A DNA stretch of 64,000 nt, from the NCBI GenBank assembly GCA_051530055.1, contig CM121342.1, forward strand, positions 13,283,480 through 13,347,479. The letters run 5' to 3'. Of this stretch, positions 25,706-37,595 are shown piece by piece. The translations under genes and the position numbers were made by a program. Origin of the DNA: Neoechinorhynchus agilis (taxonomy: Eukaryota; Animalia; Acanthocephala). Numbering within the stretch: the stretch's first letter is position 1; each line of letters begins with the position of its first letter. The notes below the pieces were generated by a model. It was not told the origin of the DNA and made no database searches. It worked only from the letters and a program-made list of their open reading frames with translations.

Positions 25706-26285
25706 ATGGAAACTAAATGGATAGTAGCAATTGTCTCTTCGTCAGTTGTTTCAATCGTTTGCTGTTTTCTATTTGGATACATTATTTATATAAGGCATCC
25801 AAGGTGGCGACGTGTCAAGATTAAAGCAGATAAGAAACCGATCGAACAGGTTGATATGAACCAAATAAAGATCAAAATTGATCAAGCAGAAAATTCTGAT
25901 GACAATACCTTTCGGGCACTACTTAGACCGAATTTTATTTCGGAACCTACTTTCTATAGTCACATCGAGAATGAAGGAGTTGAAAATTCAGGAAATGCAA
26001 GCGGCGACAAGGAAGACGAAGTAGCTAAGGATATGAAGGAGCAAGAACTCAGTGTCGAAGATGCACAACCCCATCCACGAAGAAGTTTTAGTCTATCTGC
26101 AGCATCGCAGTATCGACTTAAAATCGAGTGTCCTCACCTATGGACGTGGTCTTGTGAAGACTTCGATTGATAACAAAGTCACGAATAGTGACAGCTCCTC
26201 TGGGACTGAGACCGATGAAGTGGTTGAATCGGACGAAATGAAGTCAGAAAATATTGAAGATGATAAGCGAGAAAGCGAATTATGA
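25706..26285 (+). CDS. Single-pass membrane protein of unknown function
   Basis: Hydrophobic N-terminal segment followed by RHPRWRR and an acidic tail. The frame change near 26100-26170 (intron or indel) is unresolved. Confidence 0.45.
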
Positions 26286-26868
26286 TCAGGTAAATTCAAA
26301 AACTGTGATGCTCTATTGCTTAAGAATGATCGGATCAATTTTTGAGTTTGTGTAAGGAAAAAGGTCGGGGGAAAATAAGCTTAAAATTCTGTTTAAAAAA
26401 GCGAAAGACGGAAATTATAAATGTTCCACCTCAAAGTCCATCTTAATAGATAAGGCTCTAAACTTTGTATATGACTAACTGTGTCGATGAAGATGATGAC
26501 TTCTATGGTATGATGCACCATAATTAAATTTGAGGGACTATACCTAAGAATCGCATTTATATCACTCACTGAAGTACATTTGGGTCTGCCGTATTGCTAC
26601 ATAGCACCACTTTGTCCACTAGCAAATAATAAATACCATGAGTAAATGGGACCTGATTTCCTGGAGATTTAAACGTTTTTTGTTCTAAAATCGCAGTAAA
26701 ATAAGCTCGAATGCTCCCCGATTACTATTAAATTTTAATTTTTTTTCGGCATGCTTCATCTTATAGTAGAAACCCGTAACTATGGCAGTTCTCAATGTTG
26801 AAAGTATTTGTTGCTAGAGAAACAATACAACGGTGGAAGCTGTGTATTATAGGTATTGCTGGTACGGA

Positions 26869-27873
26869 ATGTTGCGCATTTGTTTAGTGATTATGCTTCT
26901 ACAACTATTCCGAGTCGATTCATTGCCGCAAGCTAGATCCTTTGAGGTCGCCAAACGCGGACTTAAGGACTGGCTATTGAAGAGATGGGATCAGATGAAG
27001 ATTTTATTACAACAGACAAACGTCAAACATGACTTGGATTGCGGCGTTAGTGATGCTCAACAGATTTTATCAATGTACACAATGCCCCGTGTGTACGGCG
27101 GAAAACGAGCTGAACTTCACGCTTGGCCGTGGGCTGTCAGTGTGGTCAATTTTAACTTGCTCGCAGGTCGATTTCAGTCGTGCGGAGGAAGCTTGGTGAA
27201 CGTCAACACAGTGATAACGGCAGCCCACTGCGTAAGCATAGGATCAAATCCACTTCCGACAAAAATGCTAAAGGTTATTATTGGAGCTCACACGTTATTG
27301 GGCCAAATGAACCTTTTCAATTATCATTCAGTGAAAAGTATACATGTACATCACAACTACACTAAGTGTTGTTCGAATGACCTTGCGGTTATTAAGCTTA
27401 AAAGCAAGGTGAAAAGGTCTCCACGCGTGAATTCGATTTGCTTACCTAAACACTTAAAGGTGCCTTTGGAAAGTAAAAACCATTAAATAGGCATCTTCTA
27501 GGTGGATAAAAAGGATCTGAATCTGCATAATCGGTCAGCCATTATTGCTGGATGGGGATTAAACACGATGAACGAAACCCCATATAGCTTCAACAGCGTT
27601 GTACTTCGTCAAGGCAATGTTACAATTTTGACTGACGATGAATGCACGAGGCTGTACAGACGTTATCGCCCATTCGATGAGTTGTGCGCTATGAACCCAG
27701 AGACATTTACGGATGCCCGTTCAGGCGACAGTGGAGGACCACTCATGGTTTTGGAGGATAATCGATGGGTGCTCGTAGGTGTGACGAGTCACGGAATCAG
27801 TGGAAACTACCAGGTGCCAGGCTTTTACTCTGATGTACGCAACAAAATGGATTTTATCACAGAATACTTGTAA
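26869..27873 (+). CDS. Secreted trypsin-like serine protease (S1A), copy 1
   Basis: Signal peptide, activation site R|VYGG, TAAHC, NDLA, GDSGGP. Intron 27460-27501 is GT-AG. Confidence 0.92.
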
Positions 27874-28019
27874 GGCGTGATAATTTTAGTAAATCGTCAG
27901 ATTTACCTGACTTCCTTTTTCCTCGTATTTATCCATAGAAACACAAAGCCCAGCAATGGGAACTCATTATTGTTAAAATAAACTATTTGCATGATGAACA
28001 AACAGAGTTTACAAACATT

Positions 28020-28270
28020 CGCGCCTCCGGTCTGGATCACTCAGCTGCCGTCTGGGTTTAATGGTCGAAAAGACGGATGCAGCGTTCGTCCGTGTTGCTG
28101 AGTCAGACTTATATTTTACATTAGGAATGCTACTGCCCTCTGATCATGAGTGATTCGTCTCAATCTCTTATACAATTGATCGGTCATGTCCTGCGCGTCC
28201 CGGTACCAAACGACCCGAGTGTCTTGACCCCAAAGGGAACGAAATAATAATTTCGACCTAGAGACCGGAA
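28020..28270 (-). mobile_element. CRE-clade 3' fragment
   Basis: Homologous to 24290-24530 (YFVPFGV..QLYKRLRRITHDQRAVAFL..NAASV) with the shared UTR motif CTGAGTGATCCAGA. Confidence 0.75.
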
Positions 28271-28422
28271 GCTTTAGTTGCAACCTATACTTTAAGTACT
28301 TAAACGCAAATTTGTAACGTCCAAGAAAAATCAATCATTCGTTGCGTAGGTGTGTGTAACACCCACTTGCTGTCATGACAACCTTTAGATTCCATTCGTC
28401 TACGAGAACATCTTTGAGGAAG

Positions 28423-29430
28423 ATGATGCTCATTTGCCTTCTATTTATGCATGTTCGTTCACCAATCTTCGATTCGCCTTCCCCCGAGCATTCATCACTG
28501 CAGCGCGGAAAACTCGGATTGAAGGGTTGGGTCTTGAACGAATGGAAACGGATAACGAATGTACTTAATAAACCCATATACACCTATACTTTTGATTGTG
28601 GAATAAGCGACGTCCACAAAAAATTATCCTCTAAGCTGAATGAACCTCGTATATATGGTGGAAATAGAGCCAAACGTCATGCGTGGCCATGGGCAGTCAC
28701 TTTGATAAATTTTAGACCAAATTACGAGGACTTGAATACATGCGGTGGAAGCTTGGTTAACGCCGATACAGTGATCACCGCAGCTCACTGTGTTTCCGAT
28801 GGATCAATACTTGTGCCTCAGGCAAATCTGAAAGTGATAGTTGGAGCTCATACATTGGCTGGTCAGATTAATCCTTTAAGTGGCTACTCGGTCAAAGAAG
28901 TTATTCCACATCCAATGTATAAAGGATGTTGCTACTGTGACATTGCCATTGTTAAACTTAGTGAAAATGTTAAAAGGTCTAAAAGAGTCAATACAATTTG
29001 TCTTCCTAGACGTTCGAAGGTGATTAAAGCTTAGCACTTGGGCGAAAACATCTTCTGGGCGATTAAAAAAGATTTGAGATTGCATAACCGTCAGGGCGTG
29101 ATATTAGGATGGGGTTTAACCGCTTTGTTTCCTAAAAAGTACGATTTTGTCAGTTTCGTCCTTAGACAGGGGAATGTGACGATATTGAGCGATGGCGAGT
29201 GTGCTGAGAAGTACGATGAGTACGTCCCCCATGATGAGTTATGTGCCATGAACTACAAGACGTTCACTGATGCAAGACTTGGGGACAGTGGAGGACCACT
29301 CATGGTTATGGAGAAAAATCGATGGGTACTCGTAGGTGTGACGAGTCATGGATTGCAAGGAGAATATAATATGCCAGGGTTTTACTCAAATGTAAAGAAC
29401 AAGATGGACTTCCTTGCAGAATATTTGTAA
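28423..29430 (+). CDS. Trypsin-like serine protease, tandem copy 2 (intron acceptor altered)
   Basis: R|IYGG, TAAHC, CDIA, GDSGGP. The paralogous intron 29020-29058 ends CTGG rather than CTAG. Confidence 0.8.
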
Positions 29431-29757
29431 GGGAGATATAATTTTTTTAGTAAGTTAGGAATCTATCGTGAAACGTCCTTAAAGGACAATACACGCATAT
29501 TGGAGTTTCTAACTTGAGTCCGAATCGCTAAACCAGGATACTAATAGTGGCATTAGTAATCGAAGTCAAACTCGGCAACCATGCATGTAAGAACGCCACC
29601 GAATATCCACCTTCTAATTTGCTACACTAATCCACACTCAAAGCGAGCCCCGAGTATCAAAAATCAACAGCAATAGATCTTACATGCGTACTTAGAAATA
29701 CCATCCTGCCGTCACATCAATAACGATTTTTACATAGATTTTTTAACCTAAGTATTT

Positions 29758-30877
29758 TCATAGTATCTGTGAATGTATACTATGTTTGTCCAGAACTTTT
29801 TGTGGCATACAGAAAACAGGATTTACGGTTTCAATGGATTGCTCCATGACACCACCAGAATGTTCGTGTCCAATAATCGAAAGACCAGCTATACCGAAGA
29901 GGGTATGAAACGGATCAGGTTCATCTCCAGGACGGTCACTAAAGCCTCCCTTTTCAGTATCTTGACAAGCGAAGATAAATCTTGACAGTTTTCGCATGTC
30001 GATCCAATGTTCCCTGCCAAGAATCTTTAGAGAAGCCAATACCCACCATGAATAGCAAACATCAGGCATCTTCTGAGGTCGACCGTTCAGTCCGCCAGAA
30101 CCCGATAGTTGTCGTTCACACAACCACCAGGCAAGTTTCTCGGTAGCATCCTCGTTCATTCGTCCTAATTCATTCATTACCGATAGGAATCCAACGCAAC
30201 AGTATATCTGACCAGCATGTGATTCAGCACCGGGGCGGCAACCGAAGCCTCCATCAAAGTTTTGGCATGACATTACAAAATCTATTGATTTTGCGCGATT
30301 TGGCAACCGATGTATAACATGGAGCTTCTTCTAATAGCCCTCCGCAGAAACCCCTGGAATTTAATTGATTCAATAACGCAAGACTTGCAGCCGCACAAAA
30401 CGAGAACCGTGTATCGATTTCACCCCACCGATCACCTGCAAAACTTCCATCGGCCTGCTGAAGAGAGCACACGAATCGTACTACCGGCTCTTGATATTTT
30501 ATTTTCCATTTGTTGTCGGTCTCAAGCATCATTAGCGTTTGAATCGCGCTTAAAGTGAACAATAAATGAACGTCATAGTCGCCACTCGGACAAGGTTTGA
30601 ATGCCCCTTTGTCTTCGTCGTAACAAGAATGTACAAACTGGATGGTATCACGGCACCTTTTGTGATCCAAGTGACCAACAAGACTTAGTGCAACTGTACT
30701 CCAATATAGACCGCTGACGAGAAGATAATCACTCATGGCGGAAGCATGAATACTGTGTCTAATGCCATAACCAGTGAGGAAGCTTACGTGGAGATCCACC
30801 AAAAAACGTTTGTACTCCACGTCCTTGTTGCTCAATTCATTTGGCAGCTCTATATCACCACCGCTGGTCGGTTTCAT
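29758..30877 (-). CDS. RABGGTB: Rab geranylgeranyltransferase type II beta subunit
   Basis: [75 protein letters not shown]. One short GT-AG intron near 30290-30330 joins the two ORFs. Confidence 0.95.
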
Positions 30878-32067
30878 AGTAGCGAAATATCTCAAAAGCG
30901 ATGTGGTGTAGTCGAAACTTATCAGAGATTTCGCGCACACTTCCAGGAAATATGTCGCTGCCTAGGCGCGTCTAGGAATGAGCGAATTGATTTCAGGCAC
31001 TATAACATGACAGATCGTACTAATTTCAAGGTTGGTTTCTCGGTGACATGCAAACAAAATGCCTAAAGATCCAGGGTTTGGCGTTTTAAAAATAGGTAAC
31101 CTGGAAACGAGCACTGCATTTCCATTGAAGTTGGTCTCAAGTTCAAAATACGTATGAAAACTATGATATTGTCGATAATTGTTAGTTTTCAGTTCGCTTT
31201 AATGACACAAGATCTTGTCGGGTCAACACTGCTACCTATGGCCCCTCTATGGTGAAGCGCCACAACCGGTGCAGCTGGTCTCAGCCCACTCCAAGCAGTG
31301 AGTGGGCAGTCCGGATTCTAAAGATGACAATGATATAGGTTACCTGAAAGCGGTGAACCAGTAGTTAACATTGAGTCATTCCCTGTGACCAAACGGGATG
31401 CAATCTACGTGGACCAATATCAACTTCCCTCGATACCATGGACTCACCCAAGCAGAGTGGACCAAAAGTCACGAACTTTAAACAACTTTAACAAATGGCT
31501 CCAATACCTTCAACTTGGACACTTTAATGTTCACTGTCGATATGAAGGTAGTCTTGTAAGCAATTCTCGGATTTAGAGATGGCCTAACGCCGACGTTAGT
31601 TCGCTCAACGTTATACATATTTCTAATCAACGTTTCCCGATCAATGTTAAAAGAAGTAAGCCTATAGCTGGTGTGATAGTGCATAATTCACTTTATTTCT
31701 ATTAGATTCCAAAAGCTATTGGGAAATTTTGCTTAGGTCATAATGACTTCAAATTTTTTATGGCTTCGAAGCATTCTTTGAGAGTAGCAATATCTTTTGG
31801 GAATTTAAAGCACCACTTGAATTTTAGTAAACTTACCCTGAATGTCTGCTTGATGTGTCACAATTTAAAGTTTGAATAACGAAATCTTAAAGGCCCAAAT
31901 CCATTTAAAGACCTCGATTGTGCTTTGCAGCTACATAGTCGTGTTACTATGAATTTCACACGAGGCTTTGGGAACTGTAGAATGTATGAAAAAAGCGAAG
32001 TAATAAACCTCTCAAGAGCGGGTCTACTTTTTTATTTTGTTAAGTGGCTTACTTATTGAGTTTAGGA

Positions 32068-33361
32068 TCAATCATTTGTAAGACATTTGTTCATAAATCG
32101 TCTCTTGACAAAGCATGTCCACCACTAAATACATGGGTAAGGTTCTAGGGCATTGAAGTATTAAAGTACCTTTGAAGGGCCTTCAGAACCCACGGGAAAC
32201 ACTCGCTCTATAAGTCTACTGCCTGTTTCAAGTTGCAGTTGTTGCAAATATTGAACCATCGTTTCTGAATTAGGTTAGGTATTGCATCGAAATTAATTCA
32301 CCTATGATGATGCTACGGACCTTCCTCTTGCTTTGATGATGATGGAGTGAACATGGAATTTAGGGGGAACTGTGATTCTCCAGGAATAGAGAACCGGCGT
32401 AGACCGAGAGCGTATATCTCCTTTGATGCTTGAGCTTTCGAAGTACACTTTTAAATAATTTTAGAGGAATATATTGAACAATATTAGTACAAGACGGATA
32501 GCAGTGGGCAGAATAAATATTTTGTGAATTAATATAGATGTCGAGTTCAATGGAGGAACCATAAAATATTGATTGTTCAGGAAAAAAAGAATATTTAGCA
32601 CGCCCTATGAGGATTACAAGCTTGGCATTCCAATTAGCGTTCTTTGCTGTTCCCAAAGCGCCAAGGACGTATTTTGAGTAATGCGAAAAATTTGGAATAG
32701 CACAAAATTGAATAATTTCAAGGGAAAAGAAGAAACTATCGGAAATCTAAGTTTCTTACATTCTACGAGGTAGTAGGCACGAAAGCTTATAGTTTTTCAC
32801 TTTTTGGTTCCTAAAAAAATTGAAAAAACTTGGATAGATTTATGGCGGCGACTTCTTTCACATGAATGACGGGCAGCCGTCGTCGCCACAGATTCACAGA
32901 CCCTTCTATTTTAAAATTTTGATTGTTGATCACTTCGCCGTAATACCTTTTGGATAACCCTGAGGCACTCATTTATATAGAGCATTAAGTAGATGAGTGT
33001 ACGATCTGCATCTCCCTTTTCAAGAAACTTCGATCAAGAAGATCATTTGGATCAACACATCACCTGAATATTGTAGTTTTTGAAGAAAACGTTCGCTTTG
33101 AAGAACTTGAGTGCCTCATCAATGATATCCACTTGGTAATCACCGTTTTTTGATTGATTCTGTAACTCAAAAATTGGGCAGAGACTGCCTATGAAACTAT
33201 GGTAGTTACAAGCCTCTGCGCTGGCCCAGGAAACTCCGTCTTTATAGGCAAAATAGCCATGTTCCCTGCTCTTAAATTAACACTCTTATTAAACGACGAA
33301 TGATAAGGCTGAACGGCACTAGTCAATGGATATTAAAAGCTGAACCAAAACAAACCGGCAT
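32068..33361 (-). CDS. ARPC3: Arp2/3 complex subunit 3 (p21-Arc), 7 exons; missed by the ORF track
   Basis: Spliced: MP|PYHSS..GNMAILPIKTEFPGPAQRL|..DIIDEALKFFKANVFFKNYNIQ|GDADRTLIYLMLYINECLRVIQK|CTSK..IPGESQFPLN..|..QLETGSRL..PSK|WWTCFVKRRFMNKCL. All introns GT-AG. Confidence 0.95.
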
Positions 33362-33717
33362 TTGTCGAAAAGTGAACGGACTTAAAAAGGTGCTGATTCA
33401 CGACGAGAAGTGCCACAAAGTAAGGTATCCACTTCTTTCGGGCAAGACAACGCATTAAAGATGTTCTCAAGTCAAAAAGGACTTAGTCAATTAAAATCAC
33501 GATTTGGCGGTGCAAATACCCAATATGATTGGGCTAAAATAAGGGTTTTATTTTCGATCAATAGGACATCTTGTAGCTTGTTTAGTGCTTAACCTTTAAT
33601 TTGCAAATGATCTTTAAGAGGTCTAATGTGAAAGTTCAAAGTTAAAATGAAAATAGTACTCCATAATTTTTTTTTAAATAATAAGCATTTATTTTTTTTT
33701 AAAAAAGTTAACTTATA

Positions 33718-34232
33718 TTATTCTGAATTGTCCTTCACCGTCCCCAAGACACTCGCTGCGTTTCCTCGCTGGATAGCCAAGGATATGTTCTGTACTAGGA
33801 ACGAGCGAGCCCTCCTGTCATTGGTCGAGTTGATCAGGCGATGCCCCAGTTCGAGAACAAAACTCCTCGCCGCACGTCCGAAAGCTCCTAAGGTTTCCAC
33901 TGCGAAGGGGACAAAATGATAAGAATTTGTAAAATCGGCGTATTTTGCAACCTTACGAAGCTCAGCTGCTGATGCGGCTCCCCCAGCCCCGGAGGATGCA
34001 TCTCGCAGATTGCTGGCTGCAAGGGAGTCGACGCATGTTGCGTCCCATATTAGACATCTGCCCCTGCTCCAAGGAAAAACGGTAACTCCATCCGGCCTAC
34101 GGCCATCGATCCTGCAGATGTTGCTAGGCTCGAGGATATTCGGAGAGTTAGCCGTTTTCAAAGCGCGGCTCAGCAATGCGTTTATTTCGGTGTGTCTAGC
34201 AAAACGGCCACTTGAGCGTTTACAGGCATATT
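33718..34232 (-). mobile_element. CRE-clade 3' fragment with open endonuclease ORF
   Basis: CKRSSGRFARHTEIN..LEPSNICRIDGRRPDGVTVFPWSRGRCLIWDATC..FVPFAVETLG..AIQRGNAASVLGT. Confidence 0.9.
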
Positions 34233-34429
34233 AAACTCATTTCTTCGTTTTTTAGGATTTACAAGGTGGACTTCAAATTAAACCAACATTTTGATTCATT
34301 TTGGAAATTATTTTCAGCTAGGGTTTTCCTCAAAAGCGACTCACCTAACCACTGAGTCGGCGCCCAATGCCCATAAGTTCTAGATTCTCAAATATGTTCC
34401 GAGGCAACGGGACTGATTAGTGAATTTCC

Positions 34430-34660
34430 TCCCCCTTGGCGGTATTTCGTTCCCTTTGGTTGTGCGTCATCAGTGGTAACGGATTCGAACCCCTTGAGCC
34501 TGAAACAGGGGCTCAGGGCTCAATTCCACTTCACCTCCTTGGCATAACTACGAAATGTACTATCGTCGCTATAGTCAGCCCAGCGGACTAGAGCTCCTAA
34601 TTCCAGTATGGGCCAGACGCACAACCAAAGGGAACGAAATACCTCGTTGAAGGGAAGAGG
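34430..34660. repeat. Divergent pair of tRNA-like (Pol III) heads sharing a perfect 28-bp inverted repeat
   Basis: 34441-34468 is the exact reverse complement of 34616-34643. The minus strand has an A-box-like AGGTGAAGTGG and a perfect B-box GGTTCGAATCC 34 nt later. The acceptor stem does not pair, so this is not a tRNA gene. Confidence 0.6.
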
Positions 34661-35399
34661 AAAAATAACCGTACTGTCAAGGACATTGAGCTCAGACCAG
34701 CGCTTCCCTGACTAAAAATCAGTGGGCTATGCGTCCATAATTCCGCCGCGTATGGGAAAACAAATCCCCATCTTACACTTTTCGATAAAAGGGCAACCGG
34801 CTAAGCCAAGTATAAAGATGTCTTCTAGAGTCTCTAGATTGATCGCTGCATTTTTCTAATGCAAACTCACAAGTTAAGATCTACAAACAAAAGGTTCCAC
34901 GACAGCTTTATCTATTTATGTAGAATCGCTTTGTTTGTAGTGTCACTACTCCTATCCGCTAAGCCTATTTTTGAAATATTAAACTATGCGATATCGATCG
35001 ATTGCCCAAAATGCTTTATTGCTAAATGTTCCCTTAGTTTGGTAAAACATTTATTGGATTTTCAGATTCTGCCCTGATGAACTATGTAGAGCTTATGGTT
35101 TTGAAATGTTGGCACAAATTATCGATTGTTTTTATAGCGCTACCGATATAATATTGATTCTTGGCCATTTGATGCTTTGTTAACAAAAATTAAATTATGG
35201 ATCTTAAATTGGTGAACGAACTGACTAAGAATGAAGCTTACTGATGCGAATCATGAGCGCGAAGACAAGCTTGAATCAATAACGGGCAAGAATTTGAAAT
35301 GCGCAATTAGGAATGTTGTACTTTTCGATTTTTGTTCCACTCAAATAAGAAACCTCGGAATTGATCCCGATTAGAATTTATTTATTAATCCTGATGGGA

Positions 35400-36279
35400 T
35401 TAGACATTCGGAGCCAGGAGTTGTCTAACTCTTTGGTCGTTCATGCAGATATATACAAATTCCTCTTTGGAAATTTTCGAATCCATGTTGAGGTCAGCTT
35501 TTTTGAACACATCCGCTGCGACTGAGATGGGTGATGCTATAGATCCACTCTTTGCCCCTTTGAGTTCATAAATGGCTGATAAAATCTGCGTTAGCTCCTT
35601 ATGGTCGATAATGCCGTTGCGGTCTGCATCGCACATCTCAAACGCAAGTTCAAGTTTTGCTTTGATGTCACCTTTTAATGTACGCTAATATTTGTCCTTT
35701 TCACAAATCACTGGCAACCAACCTGATCGATTTACAGCAATCGCTAAAAGAAATTCTGTAAAGTCGATTTCACCCGAGTGGTCGGTGTCAAACGCTCGGA
35801 ATGCATACTCCGCAAACTTGTCAGGATTGCCATCGGTATAAATGATGCATGGTCGTTTTGGCATTTGTCAGAAGCTGGCACATTTGACATGAACCTCATT
35901 TTAAAGTCTGTAGTAGTATAATAAAAGCTGAGTTTTGGTAATTGAAACTGGGAAAACCCTATATGAAACAACAAGTCCCAGAATGCCTGCTACTGCATAA
36001 TCGAATTCTCTTGGTTTCCTTTACAAAGCGACCACCATCCTATTACATTTGACGGTAAATCTGGGCAAATTTCTTCTTGTTTAGTTTTCCATTTGGACAA
36101 TCTTTCAAAAATCCTGCATGCCATCTTCGAATCTAAATTTAATCGTTAAGATAGCAACGAAAAAACTTGGAATTCACCTCTTTTTCAGAATATTTTGTAT
36201 TTGCACTTAACATGGCGATCTCACTCCAGGTAAGTGATGGCGCTTTCTGATTTTTTCGAGGAGTCAACCAGTTTCCCAT
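35400..36279 (-). CDS. Neuronal calcium sensor/recoverin family protein (NCS-c), 4 exons; one acceptor lacks AG
   Basis: MGNWL..NTKYSEKE|IRRWHAGFLKDCPNG..IYRQI|YTDGNPDKFAEYAFRAFDTDHSGEIDFTEF..|GDIKAKLELAFEMCDADRNG... Confidence 0.85.
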
Positions 36280-36886
36280 TGTCACTCTCGCTCAGTTTCA
36301 CTCGATCTATACTCAACACAATGTGTTGCGGATGCGTTTCAAAGCCATTGTGCTTCTTACACTTTCCACAAATGAAATTATGGTATAAGAGAAGGGAAAC
36401 GAAAAAACAACAGTGCTCTGAGCTAACGGCTTTTACACGATGCTCTCTTGGAACCTAATGTTGACTAATTATGTGCTACGATTGTGGTACCCATAATTTG
36501 CTTTCCGGCAACCTCGACATTGTCTTAATAAGTACTCACATAACCAATGTAAAAAACAAGAATGTTTTCCATCTCTTGTTATCCATGTTGTCGTCTAGTG
36601 GGAACCGGTTTTGCACCCCTTTCACAGTAAAGCGATGTTCAACACGGTTTCGTATAATAGGATGGTTTCCTTATGGCGCCAAGTCACAAACAAATCGGCA
36701 CCCACGATGTTATCCTGCGTACTTTATACTTGCCCAGAAATGTTCAAGTGAAGTCTATACTAGCCGTGCCTTAATTAATGCGTTCAATAATCTTGTAAAA
36801 TGCTGAATCGTTGAGATTTATAGTTGGCATTGCCTTAATCGGCTTGCTCGTAAACGCATGTACCTTAATTTATTGTATATCTAAAA

Positions 36887-37155
36887 ATTCTTGTTGAGCG
36901 GTTCAAACCCCGAGACGTATTCATGTTATTTAATATTTCGTCGACTAAATCCACCTCTTCAGATATCTACAAAAATTGGTTATTTTATGGGTTACCTTAG
37001 GCTCAGGAGCCCACGGGTACGGCAGATCCGCGTTCCTGAGCCTAAGGTAACCCATAAAATAACCAATTTTTGTAGATATCTGAAGAGGTGGATTTTGTCC
37101 ACGAAATATTAAATAACATGAATGCGTCTCGGTGTTCGAACCGCTTAACAAGAAT
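36887..37155. repeat. Hammerhead-bearing palindrome P4 (arms about 122 bp, spacer about 25 bp)
   Basis: Near-perfect inverted repeat. Right arm 37080-37110 reads CUGAAGA G GUGGA UUUUG UCCAC GAAA UAU U; the left arm has the same core with one stem II mismatch. Confidence 0.92.
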
Positions 37156-37364
37156 ATCTTTTAACCCGAATGTGATCCTGCGTGAAATATCTGGAAATAT
37201 TTACATTTGGACATTTATAATGTCACTCCTTTTTTTCAACATCTCAAAAATTAACAATGCTCGCCACAAGCAATCTACAATCCTTTTATGACTGAAAAAT
37301 AGTTGCGATTGCTAACAATTCAAATATAATATCTAATTAGTGTAGTTAAAAATATCGGAGGTTA

Positions 37365-37595
37365 ATCATTTGTATTTTTTGGTGATGAGAAGAATAGAGA
37401 TTGATTTATTAATTCTCATTATATCGTCGGTCTCGTCCGACTTCTTAAGCTTGTTTTCGAAGAAAAATGAAAGTAAGCTCTGTCAAAATACTTTTCTCCT
37501 CAAGCAACCTGAAGAAGTCCGACGAAACGGACGAAATATTGAGAATTAATAAATCAATCTCTATTCTTCTTATCGCCAAAAAATACAGGTTGATC
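37365..37595. repeat. Hammerhead-bearing palindrome P5
   Basis: Arms about 90 bp. Right arm 37509-37540 reads CUGAAGA A GUCCG ACGAAA CGGAC GAAA UAU U. Left arm (minus) reads CUUAAGA A GUCGG ACGAGA CCGAC GAUA. Confidence 0.88.

Noticed and set aside
34680-34815. GGGCAAC..GGCTAA words reminiscent of an HDV-like ribozyme
   Set aside because: Could not build P1, P2 and P3 pairings with correct spacing.
36891-37151. Mirror-image ORFs MLSGSN..
   Set aside because: Artefact of palindrome P4.
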